A stretch of 64,000 nucleotides of DNA. It comes from Candidatus Latescibacterota bacterium. Lineage in GTDB: Bacteria > Latescibacterota > UBA2968 > UBA8231. Below, piece by piece: positions 20,972 to 30,531 of the stretch; position 1 is the stretch's first letter; every line of letters begins with the position of its first letter. Both the position numbers and the translations under genes were made by a program. The notes below the pieces were generated by a model. The model was not told the DNA's origin. It saw only the letters and a program-made list of their open reading frames with translations, and searched no databases. The DNA lies in NCBI GenBank assembly GCA_965200315.1, contig OZ241362.1:4448001-4512000 (forward strand), written 5' to 3'.

Positions 20972-21262
20972 AAAATTTGCGTCCTATTGAGTATTTTCTC
21001 GTCATATAGCAGTCCTACATCATTCCTGAGATAGGGAGCGCGGGCTGCTCGTCCGCGCTGACGGTGTGCCATCCTGCAAGCCGCGCAACTCAGGTAGGAT
21101 GGCTAGGGAGGACATCAGAAGCGCTCTTAAAACTCCCGGCGGACTGCTTGGCAGGGCGGCCGGGTAGCCTCCGCGGCCGGCGTTTTTCGCGGCCAGCGGT
21201 GTTCAGCCGCGGGAAAGACCGCGCTGCGTTTTGCAATGGCCGTTCCACAAAGGAGTTAGTCC

Positions 21263-21487
21263 ATGAATACCCTAGCCGAACACCGACGGGCTGTCTTGAC
21301 AGCCGATCAACCCGAAGCCGAACTGATCGCCGGCGATGTCGGAGTCGTGGTCTTCATTCACAACGAAGGGGTCGCGTCCGAGGTGGAGTTTCCCAACCAC
21401 GCCGTCCTCACCTTAGAGGCCGACCAAGTACGGGCGCTAGGCATGGAGGAAATTCTTCACGTTCGCCCTCAACGGACAAACTCCTAA
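21263..21487 (+). CDS. DUF4926-like small protein
   Basis: VLT.D.PE..L.AGDVG.VV..H..G...EVEF; RBS AAGGAG. Confidence 0.65.
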   Translation: MNTLAEHRRAVLTADQPEAELIAGDVGVVVFIHNEGVASEVEFPNHAVLTLEADQVRALGMEEILHVRPQRTNS

Positions 21488-24348
21488 CCACCCTCCCCCA
21501 GGGGATGAACGTGTATCTTAAGCGCCTCGCGGTTGGCGTGCGGGTGCGCTAGCCGGTAGCGGCGCGTCAACTCTTGAGCCGACTCGTCTATCTGGTAATA
21601 CTGGTAGGCACGCTCGGCGACGAGGGCCTCATCCTCGCGGCCGAGGGCACGCAGCGACAGCATCCGGTGGTAGTGGGCGACGCGGTCTTCCGAATCAATG
21701 GCCAGCACACCGTCGAGGGCCTCCAAAGCCTCGGCAAAGCGGCCATCGAGGTACAGCACCCGGCCCAAGTTGCGCCACGTAGCTCGATCCTCGGGAAAGT
21801 CGCGCAACACCCGGCGATACGCCTGCGCTGCGGCCTCGTAGCGTCCATCCTCTTGCAATACCACGCCCCAGACCCAAGCCGTCTGCCCGTCGCCACTAAC
21901 TAACGCCTCGCAGTCCTGCAAATGCGCGTAGGCTCGCTCCAAATGGCCGTCGCGCACGGCAACCTTGGCCAAGTTGCGGCAACCGTCTAGGCGCTCGGGT
22001 GCTAGCTGTTCCACCGTCGCAAAGGCCCGTGCGGCCCCTTGGGTATCGTCTTGGAGCAGCAAGCCGATGCCATAGTCGTTGAAGCGCATCCAGTCGCCGG
22101 CCTCCGGCGTACCCATAGCGGACGGCCCGCCCACCGCCAACGCCACCTCGCTGCGGGCGATCTCAGTCACCGGCAAATCCGGCACTTGGTCGAAGCGGCC
22201 GAAGCCCTCGCGGTTGTTGTTAAAGGCAAATTCCGTATAGGCGCGGTCGAACTTGCGCCACAAAAGCCGCGCCCGCAGCGTCAGCTTGCGCCCCGCGTAG
22301 TCTTCGGGCACCCGGAAGCTGTAGTGAGCCACATCCGCTGTACCCGGACCAATGGTGCGCACGTACACGGCCGTGACAATGTCTTGGGCGTTGCGCCGAT
22401 GAATGGCTTGGCCTTTTGCATCGACCATCAGGGCCTTGTAAAAGTGCGCCCCCGGATCGACGTGCCCGTCCTCTTGCACCGCCCCGTTCAACGCTAGCAC
22501 CGCGTCGTCGTCGCCGACCACCGCAACCTCTAGCCAGCCCTCGTTGGAGTCGTTGGTCCCGCCCGGGAAGGTGTGCCCAACGCCCTTGTTGCGCACCACC
22601 ACGTCGAATGTGTACTCGCCGCCGGGCACCAGCGCTGGCTGGCTCTTGTCTAGCGCGTAGTGCGCTCCTTGTTGGTGGTGCAGCGCGAACACATCGACGC
22701 TGAGTTTTTCGTCTTGCAGAAATTCCTCGATCCGCGCTATGGTCTCCTCGTCGCCGCGGATATAGGGCAAAGCCGTGTTGACCGCCAAAAAGCGGTGCGA
22801 CTTGACGTACCCATCCCGCGCCGACACGTCGCCGGCGACTGCTTCCTCCAGCGGCATGTGGCAGTCTTGGCAGACCTGCTTGACAGCAGGCAGATAGAAG
22901 GTCCGCGAGGCGTTGAGCGCCACGCCGCTGTCGTGCCAGTTGTCGTATTCGTCTTGGCCGCGCAGCCAGCGGTAGCCATTGACGCGCGAGTCGAGGCTGA
23001 CTTTGTGGCAGGTGGCGCAAAACTCAGAGGTGCGGAAGAAGGGCTTGAGCATCTGCTTCTTGTGGACGATGGGCCGCGCCTTCAGCGCCGTGTCGTGCAA
23101 GAAGCGGCCAGCGCCTTCTTTGGCCTCGGCGAACAGATAGGGGTCCTCCTGCTCGTCGGCGATGTTGTAGTTGCCGTTGCCGGTCTGGTCGTGAATTTCG
23201 TCGATCGCGTGGCAGCTCAGGCAGGTCAGCCCGGCTTGGGCCTGCGGCGAGGCGCGGTCGATCTCTTCGGTCATCTTGCCCGCCAGCATCAGCGCCGGAT
23301 CGTGGCAACCCGAGCACCACTTGGACTTGACTTTGCCCTCCTCGCCGGCCAAGCCCTTGTAATGGGCGATATGCGCGGCGACCTCGGCATTGCTCGCGGT
23401 CGAGTTGCTGCGCATGTGGTTGATCGTCGCCTCGTAGAAGGGGTTGTTGAACGAGGCAAAGCGGTGCGCTGACGTGGCCCACTGTTCGACGATGGCTGCG
23501 TGGCAGCGGGCGCAAGTCTCCGAGCCAATCGGCTCGTTGACCACAAAGCCATACTCAGCGAGGTCGCCGGCGAGTTTTTGCGGCTGCGACAGATCGCCGC
23601 GCGTGATGATCCGCGAGGGCAGAATGTCGCCGGTAGTAGTCGTAGTAGCCGCCGGGAAAAAGGGACTTTCAGCCGGGACGAAATTGGCCGGGACAAAGGC
23701 GTCGGGCGCATAGTCGGCGACCTGCCGCGCCTTGGAACCCGGCCCGGTGTGCTTGCCAGCGGCAAAGGCCTGCTCGGCCGCCGGCGTGTACTGCTCGCCG
23801 CTATAGGTCAACCCGTGTAGCACCACGGCCAGCGCCAACAGCCCGACCACCGCTACGGGCACGACTCGATAGGTCCGTGCGGCAGGCTTCCACAGCGAGA
23901 GGCGGCGGTGCGCCAAGTAAAAGAGGGGGACTAAAACCGCCGCGGCCACATGGCTCCAGTAGGCGACTGGGTTGCCGCGATTACTCGCCGCGCTGAGGAT
24001 GAATAGCCCGCTGATGGCCAGTAAGACGCCCAGCGCCAGTGTGGCAATGCCGGTGTAGATGGCCCGCTTGCGGCTTTTGCGCCACACGGCCGGTAGGTGC
24101 CAAGCCACAAAGCCCAGCGCCAGTACCACCAGCACCAGACCGACGCCCGTATGCGACAGCACCATACCTTGGTAAAACTTGGGCAGGGAAATGTCAGTAA
24201 CTGCGAAGTAGTCGAAATCGAGGGCGTCGGCCAACCGATTGATCAGCAAGTAGAGCGTATCGGCGACCATGAAGACGCCCAAGGCCACCACCACCAGCAA
24301 GGTCCGCTGCTGGCGAGCACTCAGGCGACTCGGGGTTTTCTTCTGCAT
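21484..24348 (-). CDS. Membrane-anchored multiheme c-type cytochrome with C-terminal TPR repeats
   Basis: Five CxxCH motifs (CARCH, CSGCH, CLSCH, CATCH, CQDCH); ~5 N-terminal TM helices; GHTFPGGT; TPR-like C-terminus. Confidence 0.88.
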   Translation of the reverse strand: MQKKTPSRLSARQQRTLLVVVALGVFMVADTLYLLINRLADALDFDYFAVTDISLPKFYQGMVLSHTGVGLVLVVLALGFVAWHLPAVWRKSRKRAIYTGIATLALGVLLAISGLFILSAASNRGNPVAYWSHVAAAVLVPLFYLAHRRLSLWKPAARTYRVVPVAVVGLLALAVVLHGLTYSGEQYTPAAEQAFAAGKHTGPGSKARQVADYAPDAFVPANFVPAESPFFPAATTTTTGDILPSRIITRGDLSQPQKLAGDLAEYGFVVNEPIGSETCARCHAAIVEQWATSAHRFASFNNPFYEATINHMRSNSTASNAEVAAHIAHYKGLAGEEGKVKSKWCSGCHDPALMLAGKMTEEIDRASPQAQAGLTCLSCHAIDEIHDQTGNGNYNIADEQEDPYLFAEAKEGAGRFLHDTALKARPIVHKKQMLKPFFRTSEFCATCHKVSLDSRVNGYRWLRGQDEYDNWHDSGVALNASRTFYLPAVKQVCQDCHMPLEEAVAGDVSARDGYVKSHRFLAVNTALPYIRGDEETIARIEEFLQDEKLSVDVFALHHQQGAHYALDKSQPALVPGGEYTFDVVVRNKGVGHTFPGGTNDSNEGWLEVAVVGDDDAVLALNGAVQEDGHVDPGAHFYKALMVDAKGQAIHRRNAQDIVTAVYVRTIGPGTADVAHYSFRVPEDYAGRKLTLRARLLWRKFDRAYTEFAFNNNREGFGRFDQVPDLPVTEIARSEVALAVGGPSAMGTPEAGDWMRFNDYGIGLLLQDDTQGAARAFATVEQLAPERLDGCRNLAKVAVRDGHLERAYAHLQDCEALVSGDGQTAWVWGVVLQEDGRYEAAAQAYRRVLRDFPEDRATWRNLGRVLYLDGRFAEALEALDGVLAIDSEDRVAHYHRMLSLRALGREDEALVAERAYQYYQIDESAQELTRRYRLAHPHANREALKIHVHPLGEGG

Positions 24349-24450
24349 GGCTTAACTAGGCAGAGCGCAGATGGCCGGCGGGATTGCCGGGTTTCCTCCA
24401 AAGATAGGCGGTACGTGCGATCTCTGGTAGGTGGCCACTCGCGGGTATGC

Positions 24451-25173
24451 TTATGTCCACGGCCCTTGTAGCCAGCCAACGACTTTTTCGACCGTGACCT
24501 GCACGTGCTCGCTAAAGACGTGGTCGGCCCCGTCGATGACGACGAGTTCGGCGTTGTTGCTGGCTTGGGCGAGGATGTCGTGCGAGTCGGCAATCGGCAC
24601 CACATCGTCCTCGCTGCCGTGTACCAGCAACCAAGGCACTGCAATCGCGGCTCCGCGTCGCACCACAGTGTCGATTTGGGCCATGTCGTCCATATAGGCT
24701 TGCGAGAGCGGACAGTCTGGTTCGTCCCACATGTAGCTCGCGTCGGGCACCTCCGCGCCGAACTCGCGCTCGGCAAAGGCGCGGGTATGCACCATGCCCG
24801 CTAAGGAGACGAGCCGGCGGATGCGCTCGTCGCGGCTGGTGCGCAAGACGCCGACCGCCCCGCCCATGCTGTGGCCGGCATAGCAGACCGAGTAGCCGTC
24901 CAAGGCACTGAGCACCGCGCCGAGATCTTCAACCTCTTTGGAAATCGTCGCGTCGGCAAAGCGGCCCTCGGACGCGCCGTTACCGGCAAAGGAAAAGCGC
25001 AGCGCGTGGATGCCAGCGGCCGCTAGCCCCTCGGCGAGTGCTACGACAAACGGGCGGTCCTTGTTGCCGGTCACGCCGTGCCCCAAGACAGCGATGTGCT
25101 GCGATCCCGCCGCGCCGGTGTGGAACGTGTAGTCCAGCACTTCGCCGGACGGGTTGCGAATGGTTCCGAACAT
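24451..25173 (-). CDS. Alpha/beta-fold hydrolase
   Basis: GHG.TG, GHSMGG nucleophile, HG..DDVV, GADH.F; ATG 25173 with GAGGAGG. Confidence 0.88.
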   Translation of the reverse strand: MFGTIRNPSGEVLDYTFHTGAAGSQHIAVLGHGVTGNKDRPFVVALAEGLAAAGIHALRFSFAGNGASEGRFADATISKEVEDLGAVLSALDGYSVCYAGHSMGGAVGVLRTSRDERIRRLVSLAGMVHTRAFAEREFGAEVPDASYMWDEPDCPLSQAYMDDMAQIDTVVRRGAAIAVPWLLVHGSEDDVVPIADSHDILAQASNNAELVVIDGADHVFSEHVQVTVEKVVGWLQGPWT

Positions 25174-25229
25174 GTTTGTATCCTCCTCAATAAGGGTCTT
25201 TTTTGTACATAACGAGCCGAAGAAGTTTT

Positions 25230-25598
25230 GGGACAGACACATAGGTCTGTCCCTACGGTTTCGTATGCGGTCGTTTCCGTGTGAATGATTTATGTCTTCG
25301 TAGGGGCGAACCGATGTGTTCGCCCTTTTATCCGTTTTTCCAATCGGGTCCTTCATAAAGGGTCCGGCGATGACTGGGGCCAAATCCGCCGCCAAATCGG
25401 CTTCGGCGATCACCCCTTGGAGCCCGAATATCGCTGCCCACGGCTGACAGGTCTCGAATATCGTTGGGGTGTTCATAAAGGTTTTGGGACAGACACATAG
25501 GTCTGTCCCTACGGTCTCGTATTTTGCCGGTCTCGTATGCGGTCGTTTCCGTGTGAATGATTTATGTCTTCGTAGGGGCGAACCGATGTGTTCGCCCT
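25230..25598. repeat. Four GTAG-type REP-like palindromes in oppositely oriented pairs (25230-25256, 25300-25326, 25486-25512, 25572-25598)
   Basis: GTAGGGACAGACCTATGTGTCTGTCCC on the minus strand and GTAGGGGCGAACCGATGTGTTCGCCC on the plus strand. Confidence 0.8.
25363..25476 (-). pseudogene. N-terminal remnant resembling DUF499 ATPases (second degraded copy near 25647-25765)
   Basis: MNTPTIFETCQP....LQGVIAEADLAADLAPVIAG resembles the TIFxTCxPR...EADFAADL N-terminus. Confidence 0.5.
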
Positions 25599-25761
25599 TT
25601 TATCCGTTTTTCCAATCGGGTCCTTCATGAAGGTCCGCCGCCAAATCCGGCGATGACTGGGGCCAAATCCACCGCCAAATCGGCTTCGGCGATCACCCCT
25701 TGGAGCCCGCCCGCGTCGCGGCTGACAGGTCTCGAATATCGTTGCAACACCCTCCGGGTGT

Positions 25762-26940
25762 TCATAGCCGCAAAAACTCCCACGTCTGCCGCGCCACCAC
25801 TAGCTCCTCATCGGTACGCAGCACGTAAATGGGCACTCGGCTCGACGCAGCGTGTAGGCGGCCCTCGCCTTGTACGCGCTCATTTTTAGTCGCATCCATC
25901 ACCACCCCCAGAAATTCCAACTCGCGTAGGATTTCACCGCGCACGACAGCCGAGTACTCGCCAATGCCGCCGGTAAAGCTAACCGCGTCCAGCCCGCCCA
26001 TCTCCACCGCAAACGCCCCCAGCCAATCGCGTGCGGCCGTCGCCAGCACGGCTATAGCCAAAGCACAACGCTCGTCGCCGCTTTCCGCGCCCGCTTCAAC
26101 GTCGCGCATGTCGCTGTGCCCGCATATCCCCACAAGGCCGCCCTCGCTGGCGCACTGCGCCAATACCTCGTCCCACGCTCGGCCTTCATTGCGCATCACC
26201 AAGTCGAGGGCATACGGGTCCAAGTCGCCGATGCGGTTGTTCTGCGGCAACCCCCCTTGCGGGCTTAGCCCGTGCGACGCCCCCTGCGAGACTCCGTCCT
26301 TTATCGCGCACAGCGACGAAGACCCGCCCAAGTGCATGTTGACGTGTTTGAGATCGGCGCGGCCTGCCAGTTCCACGACCTTCTCGGCGGCGTAGCGGTG
26401 GCTGGCCCCGTGGAAGCCGTAGCGCTGGATGCCGTACTGTGCGTACCAAGCGTAGGGTACTGCGTACATTTTGCGCCGCTGCGGCATCGCGCCGTGGAAC
26501 GCGGTCTCAAAGCACCCGACCCGCCGCGCTTGGGGGGCCACCCGCGCAAATTGCCGGATCGCCGCCACGTAAGCGGGATTGTGCGCCGGGGCCAGCGGAT
26601 AAAAGTCCTCCATGCGCCCGACGACGTCCTCGTCGAGCTCGACCACCCCGGAAATAGCGCGCGCGTGGACGGCCTTAAACCCCACGGCGTCCAACTCCTC
26701 CACCGAAGCCAACACCCCGCCCGCGGCCAAGCACCCGAGGGCCTCGTCAATCGCGCTGGCGTAGTTGGGCAGCTCTACGGCCTCCTCAACCTCGTCGGCT
26801 GCGCCGAACTGGAAGGTGTGGACCGCGCCTTGGCCGCCGATTCGATCCATGCCGCCCCGCGCCAAAACCACTTCCTCGGGCATGGCAAAGACCTTGTACT
26901 TAAACGAGGTACTGCCGAGATTGGAAACTAGGATTTTCAT
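25762..26940 (-). CDS. ackA: Acetate/propionate kinase
   Basis: ILVSNLGSTSFKY, LAPAHNP, FETAFH, RYGFHGASH, HLGGSSS, FTGGIGE, TDEE. Confidence 0.92.
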   Translation of the reverse strand: MKILVSNLGSTSFKYKVFAMPEEVVLARGGMDRIGGQGAVHTFQFGAADEVEEAVELPNYASAIDEALGCLAAGGVLASVEELDAVGFKAVHARAISGVVELDEDVVGRMEDFYPLAPAHNPAYVAAIRQFARVAPQARRVGCFETAFHGAMPQRRKMYAVPYAWYAQYGIQRYGFHGASHRYAAEKVVELAGRADLKHVNMHLGGSSSLCAIKDGVSQGASHGLSPQGGLPQNNRIGDLDPYALDLVMRNEGRAWDEVLAQCASEGGLVGICGHSDMRDVEAGAESGDERCALAIAVLATAARDWLGAFAVEMGGLDAVSFTGGIGEYSAVVRGEILRELEFLGVVMDATKNERVQGEGRLHAASSRVPIYVLRTDEELVVARQTWEFLRL

Positions 26941-26993
26941 CTTAGACGCGATGGGTTAGTAGCTAGGGGGACCTGATCCCGAACCACTGCTTC

Positions 26994-28193
26994 TCATGGC
27001 CGCGCCGGGCTGCCGTCGGGCAAGCGCGTCTGTGTCCACCCGATGACCTCGTCTGCACAAGGATACTTGGCAGCCAAGTCCTCGTCGATGTCGATCCCCA
27101 ACCCCGGTCCATCGCTCGGATACATGTACCCGTTGCGCACCTCGGGCAGCCCCGGAAACATTTCGTACACGTGCTCGGCGAACCGGCACCACTCCTGTAT
27201 CCCGAAATTGGGTGCCCACAAGTCCAAGTGCAGGTTGGCCGCGTGTCCCACCGGCGAGGTGTCGCCCGGGCCGTGCCAAGCCGTGCGCACCCCGTACATC
27301 TGCCCGAAGGCCGCCACATTGCGCGCCGGGGTGATCCCGCCCATCTGGCTGACGTGCATGCGCATGAAGTCGATGAGCCGCCCCTCGATGAGCGGCGTCC
27401 ACTCAAGCGGATGATTGAACAGCTCGCCCATGGCCTGCGGCGTCGCGCACTGCTGGCGGATGTGGCGAAACCACTCAATGTCTTCGGGGGCTAGCGCGTC
27501 CTCCAAGAAGAACAGCTTGAACTCCTCCACGTCCTTGGCAAAGCCCACCGCCTCAACAGGGTGCAGCCGCTCGTGGATGTCGTGCAGCAGCTCCACTTCA
27601 AAGCCCAGCTCGGCGCGGATGTGCTCAAACATCCGCAAGTGGTTCAGCATGTACTCTTTGCGGTTGTAATACGCGCCTTCGGGCGCACCCTCGGGTTTGA
27701 CCAAGATCGATGCCTTGCCGCCGTAGCCGCCCATCTGGCAGCGGATGTAGCGATAGCCTTGCTCTTGGAACTGGCGGATGCTATCGACGACAGCCTCGGG
27801 CGTCTCGCCACCCGCGTGGCCGTACACCGCCGCGCCTTCGCGGCACTTGCCGCCCAAAAGCTGATAAACCGGCATCCCCGCCCGCTTGCCCTTGATGTCC
27901 CACAGTGCCTGATCGACGCCAGAAATGGCGTTGTTGAGCACCGGGCCGTTGCGCCAATAGCCGTTGACCATCAACATCTGCCAAGTCTCCTCAATGCGGT
28001 CCACGTCGCGGCCAATGAGGAAGGGCTTGAGGTGCTGTTCGATGGCCGTATGCACGGCGTGGAAGCGCTGGGTAAAGGTCGCGCAACCAAGTCCGTACAG
28101 ACCGTCGTCCGACGTGACGATCTTGACGATGACCAAGCGGGAGCCGGCCGGTTGGGTGAGAATGGTTTGGACGTCCTTAATCTGAACGGGCAT
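26994..28193 (-). CDS. Enolase superfamily mannonate-dehydratase-like (RspA/ManD) protein
   Basis: YWRNGPVLNNAISGVD.ALWDIKGK, LLHDIHERL, FFLED, MGELF, WHGPGD.SPVG. Confidence 0.9.
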   Translation of the reverse strand: MPVQIKDVQTILTQPAGSRLVIVKIVTSDDGLYGLGCATFTQRFHAVHTAIEQHLKPFLIGRDVDRIEETWQMLMVNGYWRNGPVLNNAISGVDQALWDIKGKRAGMPVYQLLGGKCREGAAVYGHAGGETPEAVVDSIRQFQEQGYRYIRCQMGGYGGKASILVKPEGAPEGAYYNRKEYMLNHLRMFEHIRAELGFEVELLHDIHERLHPVEAVGFAKDVEEFKLFFLEDALAPEDIEWFRHIRQQCATPQAMGELFNHPLEWTPLIEGRLIDFMRMHVSQMGGITPARNVAAFGQMYGVRTAWHGPGDTSPVGHAANLHLDLWAPNFGIQEWCRFAEHVYEMFPGLPEVRNGYMYPSDGPGLGIDIDEDLAAKYPCADEVIGWTQTRLPDGSPARP

Positions 28194-28227
28194 GATGTCT
28201 CCTTGTTAGCGGTGAAAATCAAGGGGT

Positions 28228-28257
28228 ATTCTGCACACCGGCCCGCGTTTTTGTCAA
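28228..28257 (-). promoter_or_regulatory. Putative sigma70 promoter for the enolase-family gene
   Basis: TTGACA-18 nt-CAGAAT on the minus strand. Confidence 0.45.
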
Positions 28258-28308
28258 GGGTGCGCCGTCCTTGTCGGGGCGGGCGGCGACGGTTAGCTTA
28301 GTCCCTTC

Positions 28309-29118
28309 ATGTACTGGCTACAAGCACTCATCTTAGGCCTAGTCCAAGGTCTGACTGAATTCCTGCCCATCAGCAGTACGGCGCACCTGCGAGTAGTGCC
28401 TCATTTTCTCGGCTGGGACGATCCAGGTGCGGCGTTTTCCGCGGTGATCCAACTGGGAACGCTTGCGGCCGTATTCGCGTATTTCACGGCCGATGTCAAA
28501 AGGCTGGTCGTCGCCGCGCTGCAAGGGGCACTACACCGCAACCTCAATCACAGCCCAGACTGCCGCATGGCGTGGTCCATTGCCGTGGGCACCATCCCCA
28601 TTGCCGTGCTCGGCCTCGGGGGGCGCGACTTTATCGAGACCGAGGCGCGTCAGCTTCCCCTCATCGGAGCGAGCTTGATCGTCCTCGCGCTGTTTTTGAT
28701 ACTGGCCGAGCGCGTGGGGCGGCGCGAGCGCACCATGCAGGCTCTGGGCTTCTGGTCGATCCAGTTCATTGGCCTGTGTCAAGCTCTCGCCCTGATTCCC
28801 GGGTGTTCGCGGTCTGGCTCAACCATCATGGGCGGGCTTTTCGTGGGGCTCCAGCGTGCCGATGCCGCCCGCTTCTCCTTCTTACTCGGCCTGCCAGCCA
28901 TTGGTGCCAGCGGTCTCCTGCAACTATTCGCCCTGCTTGAAGGAGGCCTAGGGGGTGCCGGGCTGCTGAATTTGGGGTTGGGGATCCTCGCGGCCGCGAT
29001 TAGCGGCTACCTGTCCATCGGTTTCTTACTCCGCTTCCTCCAGCGCCACGGCACGTACTCATTTGCCGCTTATCGCATCCTGCTCGGCGGTCTCATTTTC
29101 TACTCACTGTACGGCTAA
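28309..29118 (+). CDS. uppP: Undecaprenyl-diphosphate phosphatase (BacA)
   Basis: QGLTEFLPISSTAH, IQLGT, PG.SRSGSTI, AARFSFLL. Confidence 0.95.
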   Translation: MYWLQALILGLVQGLTEFLPISSTAHLRVVPHFLGWDDPGAAFSAVIQLGTLAAVFAYFTADVKRLVVAALQGALHRNLNHSPDCRMAWSIAVGTIPIAVLGLGGRDFIETEARQLPLIGASLIVLALFLILAERVGRRERTMQALGFWSIQFIGLCQALALIPGCSRSGSTIMGGLFVGLQRADAARFSFLLGLPAIGASGLLQLFALLEGGLGGAGLLNLGLGILAAAISGYLSIGFLLRFLQRHGTYSFAAYRILLGGLIFYSLYG

Positions 29119-29135
29119 TTCCAACGGAGCTATTC

Positions 29136-29912
29136 ATGTATCCCAACAACCTGAAAGCGCGTTTGCGCAGCGGTGAAATCATCCTCGGTACCAGCCTGTC
29201 GGCTCCCACCCCACACGTAGCCGGGTTGATCATCTCCACCGGCCCCGATTTTATCTGGGCCGACACCGAGCACATGCCCCACGCCACCGAAGCGCTCGAC
29301 TCAATTTTGGTGCTGGCGCGGATGCGCGGCGTCGCGCCCATGGTGCGCGTGGCGTGGAACGACCCGGCGCTAATTAAGAAGGCGTATGACGCGGGCGCTG
29401 TAGCCGTGATGGTGCCCCAAGTCGATACAGCCGCAGAGGCGGCCGCCGCAGTAGAGGCCGCCCGCTACGCGCCCGCAGGCCGGCGCGGTCTCTCGCCCAT
29501 GTGGACCCACATCGCCGGCGCGGACTGGAACGAAGTCATCAAAACCGCCAACGAGGAAACGCTCGTCGTCCTCCAGCTCGAAAGCCAACGGGCCTACGAC
29601 AACTTGGACGAAATCAGGCGCGTGCCCGGCATTGACGTGATTTTCGTCGGGCCGTTGGATCTGTCGGCGACCGTAGGGACGATCACCGACACCGGGTCGC
29701 GGCAAGTGCAGCAAATCATGCGCGACGTGCCGCAACAGCTAGCGGACACGGGAATCGCCGTGGGCACTACGCTGACGGACGTGTCCGATATCCAAGAGAA
29801 AATTCGCTGGGGCTATCGCTTCCTCAATGTCGGCAATGCCCTCCGCTACGGAGTACAAGTCCTCGCCGATCACCTAGCGACTTTGCGCACCGATCCACGC
29901 GGAGACGAATAG
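29136..29912 (+). CDS. HpcH/HpaI aldolase family protein
   Basis: DFIW.DTEH, PMVRV, D.GA..VMVP.V, QLES, FVGP.DLS. Confidence 0.9.
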   Translation: MYPNNLKARLRSGEIILGTSLSAPTPHVAGLIISTGPDFIWADTEHMPHATEALDSILVLARMRGVAPMVRVAWNDPALIKKAYDAGAVAVMVPQVDTAAEAAAAVEAARYAPAGRRGLSPMWTHIAGADWNEVIKTANEETLVVLQLESQRAYDNLDEIRRVPGIDVIFVGPLDLSATVGTITDTGSRQVQQIMRDVPQQLADTGIAVGTTLTDVSDIQEKIRWGYRFLNVGNALRYGVQVLADHLATLRTDPRGDE

Positions 29913-30016
29913 AGGTGGGTTGTGGTCGCCGCCGTGGAGATAAAAAATTTGGAATCGGCCGGGAATAATGGTACTTTAACGAGCAGTATCCACTCTTTTT
30001 TTAAGGAGGTGCCCTT

Positions 30017-30422
30017 ATGAAACAGCGGATGCTAATGGCCGGCGTTGCTCTCGCGTTCGCCAGCGCGGCTTGGGCGCAATGTCCTCACGGTGCCCCGCTT
30101 CTGGCACCGGACAACGTAAGGGTCAGCCTTGCCAGCCCCCAGTCCCAGTTCGTGCTAGTCGAGTGGGAGGAGGTCGAAGACGCGACCCGCTACGCGATCT
30201 ATTTGCAGGTTTTCGACCCCGATGAGATCGAAGTCGAAGCCGGTGGAGAGATCGTTGAGCCTGCCGAAACACAGCCCGACTTTGTGCCGTGGGGCCACGT
30301 GGAAGCCTTGCCCGATCGGGATCGGTACAGTATGGAATTCCGCCCGCTGGGTTGCCCCTCAGATAAGCACGGCTGTTGAGGCCGTGCCTTGGGGTCAAGT
30401 CAAAGCGACAGCCGCCGAGTAG
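30017..30422 (+). pseudogene. Secreted FN3-like protein whose C-terminal TAVExxxWGxxK tail is out of frame
   Basis: Signal peptide (AWA-Q), AP.NV....V.VEWEEVEDATRY; tail ISTAVEAVPWGQVKATAAE in another frame ending at TAG 30420-30422; RBS AAGGAGG. Confidence 0.6.
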
Positions 30423-30447
30423 GACGCTTGCCTCATTAGCTGTTCTG

Positions 30448-30482
30448 ACCTCGCCGAGCGCACTGTTCGGCGGGGTTTTTTT
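30448..30482 (+). terminator. Rho-independent terminator
   Basis: acctcgccgagc-gcact-gttcggcggggt followed by a T-run. Confidence 0.75.
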
Positions 30483-30531
30483 GTGGCGCGAGTTCATCGA
30501 ATCCCATCCACCTCTAATACCGGAGCATACT

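Larger units (their letters stand above)
25225..25766. repeat. Imperfect tandem duplication (25225-25477 and 25481-25766) carrying REP-like palindromes and a gene remnant
   Basis: Both copies begin gttttgggacagacacataggtctgtccctacgg and end gggtgttcata. Confidence 0.92.

Noticed and set aside
21021-21260. tRNA-Sec or other structured RNA in the spacer
   Set aside because: No cloverleaf, T-loop (GTTCGA) or UCA anticodon arm; no tRNA or rRNA gene was recognised in the window
24451-25476. 341-aa ORF as called
   Set aside because: The first ~100 codons run through the REP cassette; the hydrolase starts at ATG 25173 behind a strong RBS
25225-25766. CRISPR array
   Set aside because: The sequence between the palindromes is itself duplicated rather than unique spacers, two repeat types alternate, and no cas genes are present
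30371-30382. GGC-TGT-TGA-GGC reads as Gly-Cys-Sec-Gly, like a thioredoxin reductase tail
   Set aside because: The overlapping frame encodes the recognisable TAVExxxWGxxK tail, and no convincing SECIS-like hairpin follows
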